Shown: positions 45,276-50,884 of the stretch, in pieces
Layout: the number at the start of each line of letters is the position of its first letter
Numbering within the stretch: the stretch's first letter is position 1
Virus record (IMG/VR): IMGVR_UViG_3300045970_000272
Coordinates: 1 to 50,884 of that record
Reading direction: 5' to 3' (one strand)
DNA from: a virus
Lineage: Duplodnaviria > Caudoviricetes
DNA: 50,884 bases
Notes under the pieces: model-generated
Databases searched by the model: none
Seen by the model: only the letters and a program-made list of their open reading frames with translations
Told to the model about the DNA's origin: nothing
Position numbers and translations under genes: made by a program

Positions 45276-45552
45276 CTTTGACTCCTTGTGTGATAATTTT
45301 TGATGCTCTCCACGTTATATCCTTGATGTAGGTGTCGCCAAACTCCCAGCGACCGTCCGTGAGGGGGGACTTGGCTGCAACGAACCAGCGTGCGTAGGGG
45401 TTGTTGGCTTCACCGCGCGGTCCTTGGTACTTTTTGAGGACGCGCCACTCCCAACCGTTTACCTCATCGACCCAAATCTCGTAGGGGTCGTCGACTTTGC
45501 GTGTCTTACCGCAGAGGTTCTTTTCATGCTTGCCCATTTTTATCCCTTCCAT
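45262..45552 (-). CDS. Conserved viral hypothetical protein
   Basis: GWEWRVLKKYQ...NPYARWFVAAKSP...EFGDTYIKDI. Confidence 0.7.
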   Translation of the reverse strand: MEGIKMGKHEKNLCGKTRKVDDPYEIWVDEVNGWEWRVLKKYQGPRGEANNPYARWFVAAKSPLTDGRWEFGDTYIKDITWRASKIITQGVKDGIK

Positions 45553-45563
45553 TCATTTTCTGG

Positions 45564-45598
45564 AGTGTACCTCTTTATGGGGTAAATGTCCACTTTAC
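45564..45598 (-). promoter_or_regulatory. Early promoter, copy 2 of a shared motif
   Basis: GTAAAG-TGGACA-17 bp-TACACT on the - strand. Confidence 0.6.
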
Positions 45599-45601
45599 CC
45601 A

Positions 45602-45625
45602 CAAGAAAGCCCCCAAGTGGGGGCT
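45602..45625 (-). terminator. Intrinsic terminator
   Basis: On the - strand: AGCCCCCACTTGGGGGCT-TTCTTG, just after the stop of 45632..45913. Confidence 0.55.
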
Positions 45626-45631
45626 GTCTGG

Positions 45632-45913
45632 TTATTTCATTCTAAATCGTAAGGATTTATGCGTCTTTTTGGTCGCAACACCGTCGGCTTGTTCTTGTAG
45701 CTTGATCTCGGCGAGGTCAGCTTCGAGTTTTGCAACTCGCTCAGAATAGACGTATGCAACGCTATCTGCTAGGTAGAACGTACCGTACTCTTTCCTTACT
45801 GGTTCCTCGTGGCGCGCAACGTACGCTTCCAGTCGGGGTTTCAACAACTCCTGGGCGTGCTTTGCTGCCTTCTCGGCGCGGTATAACTTGTTGTATTGAG
45901 CGTAGATGTCCAT
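45632..45913 (-). CDS. Hypothetical protein
   Basis: 93 aa; YVYSERVAKLE...EQADGVAT...LRF. Confidence 0.65.
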   Translation of the reverse strand: MDIYAQYNKLYRAEKAAKHAQELLKPRLEAYVARHEEPVRKEYGTFYLADSVAYVYSERVAKLEADLAEIKLQEQADGVATKKTHKSLRFRMK

Positions 45914-45915
45914 AT

Positions 45916-46209
45916 TTACTCCAATTGTACCCAGGGTTCACCGCTGGGGTAAAAAATAATGCCTCTCACGATTCGGTTGGACGGTCGTTTTGGTCTGTTT
46001 GGTAGGGTTAATGTCCCTACTCCGCAGTCAACCAGTTCAACGTGGTGGAGAGAGTTTCCCTCCTCGTCCGAGGACATAAAGACCTCGCAACCAGGATACT
46101 TTTTGGCGAGATTTGCTATCTCGTTGGCGTAGTATTCGAGCAACATAAGTTTCCTTCCTAAAAGGATAGATTTTAATGGGTTGTTAATGTGCCTTGCTTG
46201 GCGTGCCAA
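45916..46209 (-). CDS. Hypothetical protein
   Basis: VFMSSDEEGNSLH motif; the start may be the internal ATG (MLLEYY). Confidence 0.55.
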   Translation of the reverse strand: MARQARHINNPLKSILLGRKLMLLEYYANEIANLAKKYPGCEVFMSSDEEGNSLHHVELVDCGVGTLTLPNRPKRPSNRIVRGIIFYPSGEPWVQLE

Positions 46210-46288
46210 GCATAGTCACGACATTACCATAACTATAGGACTAAAGTCAAGCTATTCTCCAGATGTGCCACGCAGCGCAAAGGGGTAG

Positions 46289-46317
46289 TTTACAGCGTAC
46301 CAAGCTAATGTTACATT
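46289..46317 (+). promoter_or_regulatory. Sigma70-like promoter in the divergent region between the two genome arms
   Basis: TTTACA-17 bp-TACATT with TG extension. A possible opposite-strand TTGACT...TAATGT lies at 46250..46221. Confidence 0.45.
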
Positions 46318-46378
46318 TGGTTGTATGCTTGGGCTTCACAATCGGGTATAACGTAGTGGAAAGGGTTACAATTCACCT

Positions 46379-47584
46379 ATGAACAAAGATATGCGTCCGA
46401 TTAGTAGTTTGACTCTGTGGGACAAGAACCCCAGGTCAATCTCCAAAGAATCATTTGAGTCCCTCAAGAACAAAATCAAACGCTGGGGTCAGTTCAAACC
46501 GCTGTTAATGACTCCCGAGGGGATCATCATTGGTGGCAACATGAGGTTGCGCGCGTACAAGGAGCTGGGTATCAGCGAGGCGTGGGTGTCCGAGATCCAC
46601 CCCAAGGGTGAGGCTGAGATGATTGAGATTGCGTTGGCGGACAACGAACTCGCAGGTCGCTGGGACAGGGACGCTTTGGCAGAATTGGTGTACGGCTACA
46701 AAGACGAGATCAATTTGGGCGACTACCAGCTAGACTTAGGCAAGCCTGCCGACTTAAACCAACTCCTTTCACAGTACGGTCCCTCCGCCGAGGAGGACGA
46801 AGTGCCTGAGGTGTCCGATGAACCGCCCGTGTCGGTACGCGGTGAAATCTACGAACTCGGTCAGCACCGCTTAATGTGTGGCGACTCCTGTTCGTTGGAC
46901 GACGTAACCCTGTTGATGGACGGCAAGAAAGCTGACATGGTTTTCACTGACCCTCCCTACAACGTCAACTACGGCGAAACAATGAAGGACGAGCTGCGTG
47001 GCGGTAACCGCACGATCATGAACGACAACATGGGCGACGCTTTCCCTCAATTCTTAAACGATGTGTGCGTCAACTTGGTCATGTTTACCAAGGGCGCGAT
47101 TTACATTTGTATGTCCTCCTCTGAACTGACCACCCTCAAGGAAGCCTTTGTCAGCGCAGGTGGGCATTGGTCAACTTTCCTTATTTGGGTCAAGAACACA
47201 TTCACAATGGGACGCTCCGACTACCAACGCCAGTACGAGCCTATTTTGTACGGGTGGAAAGAGGGTACGGATCGTTACTGGTGCGGTGCGCGCGACCAGG
47301 GCGACATCTGGGAGGTCAACCGACCCACCAAGAATGATTTGCACCCCACCATGAAACCGTTGGAACTGTGCGAGCGCGCTATCAAGAACTCGTCCAAGAC
47401 TGAGGACATCGTGTTGGATCTATTCTTAGGCTCAGGCTCTACGCTGATCGCTGCGGAACAGACGGGGCGCGTGTGCTTTGGTATGGAACTCGATCCCAAA
47501 TACTGCGATGTGATACGTAAGCGTTATGCAAAATACATGAACAAGGAGGAAGAATGGCAGACACTAACTCCCAAACTCGCATAG
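46379..47584 (+). CDS. ParB-N domain fused to an N4-cytosine/N6-adenine DNA methyltransferase (beta class)
   Basis: WDKNPR, IIGGNMRL, LGQHRLMCGDS, FTDPPYN, HPTMKP, VLDLFLGSGSTLIA. Confidence 0.92.
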   Translation: MNKDMRPISSLTLWDKNPRSISKESFESLKNKIKRWGQFKPLLMTPEGIIIGGNMRLRAYKELGISEAWVSEIHPKGEAEMIEIALADNELAGRWDRDALAELVYGYKDEINLGDYQLDLGKPADLNQLLSQYGPSAEEDEVPEVSDEPPVSVRGEIYELGQHRLMCGDSCSLDDVTLLMDGKKADMVFTDPPYNVNYGETMKDELRGGNRTIMNDNMGDAFPQFLNDVCVNLVMFTKGAIYICMSSSELTTLKEAFVSAGGHWSTFLIWVKNTFTMGRSDYQRQYEPILYGWKEGTDRYWCGARDQGDIWEVNRPTKNDLHPTMKPLELCERAIKNSSKTEDIVLDLFLGSGSTLIAAEQTGRVCFGMELDPKYCDVIRKRYAKYMNKEEEWQTLTPKLA

Positions 47585-48531
47585 CCGAGTCGGTTACCTA
47601 TTTGCACCCTGATAAAATCTGCGACCAAATCTCCGACGCGGTCGTTGATGCCTGTTTGAAAGTCGACCCGTACGCTCGGGTGGCGGTTGAAACAATGGGC
47701 GGTCACGGCATACTCACTCTCACGGGTGAAATCACAATGGACGAACGAATTGATGTGGCTCAGGTTGCAGGCGACGCCTACCGCGCGATGACGTACAAGG
47801 ACATCGGCGTGCAGACAAACATCGTGCAACAGTCCGACGAGATATCCAACAAGGTCGACAACGGCGGGGCTGGCGACCAGGGTGTAATGGTCGGGTACGC
47901 CTGCCAAGACAACCCAGACTTCATTCCTCAAGAGCTGCACTTGTCGCGCAAACTACTCGAGAACTTCAAGCGTGACGGTAAAAGCCAGGTGGTGTTGGAC
48001 GACGGACACCTGACCTCGGTGGTGCTGTCGGTTCAAAACGAATCCAAGGAGGGATTGGAAGCTTACGTCCGCAAAGTCCTAAAGAGTTATGGGCCAATCG
48101 ACTCGCTCTACTGCAACAACATCGGTTCATTTTCTATGGGAGGGTTTGACGCCGACACAGGGGTAACTGGTCGCAAGATCGTGGTGGACGCATACGGTCC
48201 GCGCGTACCTGTGGGGGGCGGAGCTTTCTCGGGCAAGGACGCAACCAAGGTAGACCGCTCTGCTGCGTACATGGCGCGCTGGTGTGCCTTGAAGTTACTT
48301 CACGACTCGGGTGCAGATGAGGTCACGGTACGTTTGGGTTATGTAATAGGAAGCGAGTATCCTTTACTGCAAGAAGCGTGCATTGACGGCAGGTACCAAA
48401 AGATACACGAGGACTGTCGTCCACAAGCAATTATCGAACGGTTTGATTTACGAACACCCATTTACCAAAAGACAGCACGGTACGGTGCATTTGGGAGTGG
48501 GATGTTCAAGTGGGACAGATACGATGACTGA
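47554..48531 (+). CDS. metK: S-adenosylmethionine synthetase
   Basis: ESVT..HPDKICDQISD, GAGDQG, DADTGVTGRKIVVDAYG, GGGAFSGKDATKVDRSAAY. Confidence 0.95.
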   Translation: MADTNSQTRIAESVTYLHPDKICDQISDAVVDACLKVDPYARVAVETMGGHGILTLTGEITMDERIDVAQVAGDAYRAMTYKDIGVQTNIVQQSDEISNKVDNGGAGDQGVMVGYACQDNPDFIPQELHLSRKLLENFKRDGKSQVVLDDGHLTSVVLSVQNESKEGLEAYVRKVLKSYGPIDSLYCNNIGSFSMGGFDADTGVTGRKIVVDAYGPRVPVGGGAFSGKDATKVDRSAAYMARWCALKLLHDSGADEVTVRLGYVIGSEYPLLQEACIDGRYQKIHEDCRPQAIIERFDLRTPIYQKTARYGAFGSGMFKWDRYDD

Positions 48532-49003
48532 ACAAATGTTGGCAAAGACTAGTGGCAAGGTTCTCCCTGCCGCTGGTACTGGCAGACCGTCTGATGTAAC
48601 GGAGGAGGTTACCGCGAAACTGGACGAGGTGTTCAAGCTCGGGGTAACCGTTGAAACTGCTTGTCGGTACGCGCAAATCTCGATCGACTCATTTTATAGG
48701 GCTTGCAAACGGGACGAGGCTTTCGCAAGGAAGATGGATACAGCAAGGGAATTTGCACGTTTGGCTGCTGGACAAGTGGTCATGGACGCGATCGTCCACG
48801 ACAAGGATTTACCCACCGCCAGATGGTATTTGGAGAAGAAGCACGGCGCAGAGTTTAGTGGTCCGCCCAGATTAGAACTCAATCAAAACAATCAAATAAT
48901 TAACGTGGAAGCAAATCATGAGCAACTATCAGAAAGACTCGCTCAGCTCTTTGGCGTCACTGCCACCGCAAGTGCGGTTGAAGATGGTGAAGAGGCTGAG
49001 TAA
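48524..49003 (+). CDS. terS: Terminase small subunit
   Basis: GRPSDVT...TACRYAQISIDSFY HTH, ARWYLEKK; directly upstream of the TerL ATPase gene; ATG 48524 overlaps the metK stop. Confidence 0.75.
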   Translation: MTEQMLAKTSGKVLPAAGTGRPSDVTEEVTAKLDEVFKLGVTVETACRYAQISIDSFYRACKRDEAFARKMDTAREFARLAAGQVVMDAIVHDKDLPTARWYLEKKHGAEFSGPPRLELNQNNQIINVEANHEQLSERLAQLFGVTATASAVEDGEEAE

Positions 49004-49658
49004 AGAGGAGCTGGAGGAAGTGTCGCGCCTCACGGCTGTGGCGGAGGTTGAGCGTGCAAAGAACGACCTCTTTTACTACCTGGAGAACATGGTGTGGACG
49101 ATGGACGAACACGACGAGGATCACCCCACCAAGAAGCTTCCGATGGAGAAGCGTTACTTGCAGGAACTCGCCTACCACTTCTTGAACGAGAAGCTGCTGT
49201 TGGTCGAGAAGTCCCGTCAAATGATGGTGACGTGGTTGATGGTGGCGTGTCATTTGTGGGACGCACAGTTCCACGAGGGGCGGCGCATCTTCTTCCAATC
49301 CAAGAAGGAGGCGGACGCAAATCACCTGGTTGACCGCGCCAAGTTCATCTACAACAACTACCCACCCGTGTACCGTGAGATTATCCACACCAACTACGCT
49401 GCGCGCACTCCGATGGCGTACCTTAAGCTGGAGTTTGGCAAGCTCAACTCAATCATACAAGGCACTCCCCAGGGGTCGGACGTTCTCCGCCAATACACCG
49501 CCTCACGTATCTTTATGGACGAGGCTGCGTTCCAGGAGAAGGCTGAGGAGACGTGGATTGCTGCCAAACCTACTGTGGTGGGTGGCGGGTCGGTCGTGAT
49601 GGTTTCCACTCCAAACTTTAAGAACTTCTTTTATCAAGTGAGGAGCGATTCTCTATGA
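48918..49658 (+). CDS. terL: Terminase large subunit, N-terminal ATPase half
   Basis: Walker A EKSRQMMVTW, Walker B IFMDEAAF, coupling motif VSTP, then a stop 14 codons later. Confidence 0.88.
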   Translation: MSNYQKDSLSSLASLPPQVRLKMVKRLSKEELEEVSRLTAVAEVERAKNDLFYYLENMVWTMDEHDEDHPTKKLPMEKRYLQELAYHFLNEKLLLVEKSRQMMVTWLMVACHLWDAQFHEGRRIFFQSKKEADANHLVDRAKFIYNNYPPVYREIIHTNYAARTPMAYLKLEFGKLNSIIQGTPQGSDVLRQYTASRIFMDEAAFQEKAEETWIAAKPTVVGGGSVVMVSTPNFKNFFYQVRSDSL

Positions 49659-50644
49659 TCAAGTACATCGACCTGTTTGCAGGCGTGGGAGGGTTTCATT
49701 ATGGATTTGACAAAGCTAATAACCTTTGGTCGTTGGCTGAGGGGTTTGATTGCGTTTACTCAAACGAGTGGGACAAGTACGCCGCCAGCGTTTACAGGCG
49801 TCACTACAACGAATGTGACGAGCGGGACATACGAACCGTACCATCTCAAGACCTCCCAAGCTTCGACCTCCTCTGTGGAGGATTTCCCTGTCAACCCTTC
49901 TCGGTGGCTGGACGACATGGAGGTTTTGATGACACCAGGGGAACGCTCTTCTTTGAGATTGTTAGGATACTGTTCGATCGCCAACCCAGACTCGTACTAC
50001 TTGAAAACGTCAAAGGGCTGCTCAGTCATGACGGTGGACGCACTTTCAAAAGAATCATCTCCGCGCTTGATGAGCTGGGGTACAACGTTCAATGGGATGT
50101 GCTTAACAGCAAGGATTACGGGGTACCGCAAAACAGGGAGCGCATCATCATTGTCGGCTATCTTAGAGGAACACGTAGACTCGAAGTATTTCCTATCCGA
50201 CGCAGCAGTTCAGAAGATACTTTGGCGCGCATCGCAACCAAGGTTTACGAACCGTTCCCGCAAACCCACCGACTATCAGACGCGTTTAGAATCCGAGGAG
50301 TAGATGGTGTGAGCGCAACCCTCAAGGGGCTGGGTGGCGGCATGGGTGCAAAGACTGGACTGTACGCCGTACGCCAACCGCTCAAGTTTCTCGACCGTAA
50401 CCAGCGCAACATCGAGGGCGACTACTCGTACACCGTGGACAGTTTGAACACGGGCGGCGTTCGGATTGGTACAAAGGTGCGCCGACTGACACCCGTGGAG
50501 TGCGAACGGTTGCAGGGTTACCCAGACGACTGGACCAAGTTCGGAGAAGATGGTAAGTTAATGAGTGACAGCCAACGCTACAAGATGATGGGAAACGCTG
50601 TCACTACAAATGTTGTCACAGCCGTGGCAGAAAGGTTGGTATGA
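49655..50644 (+). CDS. dcm: DNA (cytosine-5) methyltransferase
   Basis: DLFAGVGG, GGFPCQ, ENVKG, QNRERI, RRLTPVECERLQGYP, GNAV. Confidence 0.95.
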   Translation: MIKYIDLFAGVGGFHYGFDKANNLWSLAEGFDCVYSNEWDKYAASVYRRHYNECDERDIRTVPSQDLPSFDLLCGGFPCQPFSVAGRHGGFDDTRGTLFFEIVRILFDRQPRLVLLENVKGLLSHDGGRTFKRIISALDELGYNVQWDVLNSKDYGVPQNRERIIIVGYLRGTRRLEVFPIRRSSSEDTLARIATKVYEPFPQTHRLSDAFRIRGVDGVSATLKGLGGGMGAKTGLYAVRQPLKFLDRNQRNIEGDYSYTVDSLNTGGVRIGTKVRRLTPVECERLQGYPDDWTKFGEDGKLMSDSQRYKMMGNAVTTNVVTAVAERLV

Positions 50645-50841
50645 GAGCAGACAAAGACATTCTTAACATTGAGCAACTGATCGACGAACACTACGACTCC
50701 ATGTTTGATTGGCTGTGCAAGGAGAGCGGCGACGACTTCCACGACTTAGTCATTGAGGTAAGGGTTGGTAGCGAGGGCAAGACCGTGCGCCGATCGTGGC
50801 GTGAGCGTGACGCGATGCTCCGAGATGCGGAGGCAAGATGA
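50641..50841 (+). CDS. Hypothetical protein
   Basis: 66 aa, ATGA-coupled on both sides; spans the assembly overlap. Confidence 0.6.
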   Translation: MRADKDILNIEQLIDEHYDSMFDWLCKESGDDFHDLVIEVRVGSEGKTVRRSWRERDAMLRDAEAR

Positions 50842-50884
50842 AGGCATTTGGTAACTTTATGGCAAGTTTGCTGTGGATGTTCAA
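50758..50884. repeat. Terminal 127-bp direct repeat (copy 2)
   Basis: Identical to 1..127. Confidence 0.95.

Noticed and set aside
48548-48570. KTSGKVLP in TerS (and VPKP at the portal N-terminus) as extra copies of the polyprotein motif
   Set aside because: Imperfect single matches; chance cannot be excluded.
49659-50884. Group I/II intron or intein explaining the terminase split
   Set aside because: The interval is filled with coupled ordinary genes, with no room for a ribozyme core. There is no reverse transcriptase or homing endonuclease, and no intein-type termini on either half.
1-50884. Alternative genetic code, diversity-generating retroelement, tRNAs, integrase/att site
   Set aside because: The standard code gives dense coupled genes using all three stops. 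I recognised no reverse transcriptase, template/variable repeat pair, cloverleaf or recombinase by eye; dedicated scans were not run.

Overview
The window is an apparently complete circular genome of a tailed dsDNA phage with podovirus-like (P22/N4-type) morphogenesis genes. It is 50,757 bp plus a 127-bp assembly overlap (1..127 = 50758..50884). The + strand arm (46379 across the origin to 34006) carries a ParB-fused amino-methyltransferase, MetK, TerS, a C5 methyltransferase and the portal. Its large terminase is split into separate ATPase and nuclease genes about 3 kb apart. It then carries decoration/fibre proteins, scaffold, major capsid, a glycosyltransferase, adaptor/nozzle, ejection proteins, lysis genes and an HNH. 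The - strand arm (46209 to 34109) carries early/replication genes: initiator, DnaB, PD-(D/E)XK exonuclease, SSB-like, ParB-like, RusA and MazG. I saw no integrase, tRNA or canonical CRISPR array. Main finding: a lone Cas7/RAMP-like gene (43769..44440) is followed on the same strand by a hairpin, then a ~780-bp non-coding array of 13 GGCWG-headed units built from 5-nt GGY-like/NN steps, then a small partner gene. This is a candidate non-CRISPR RNA-guided system (VIPR-like). Other strong signals: (1) a 1603-aa ejection protein cut into modules by 11 [AS]GK[VI]P motifs and extended by a likely -1 ribosomal frameshift; (2) the split terminase; (3) genome-wide loss of CCGG and GGCC except where they overlap GGNCC or GCNGC. 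All calls come from manual reading of motifs; no searches were run.
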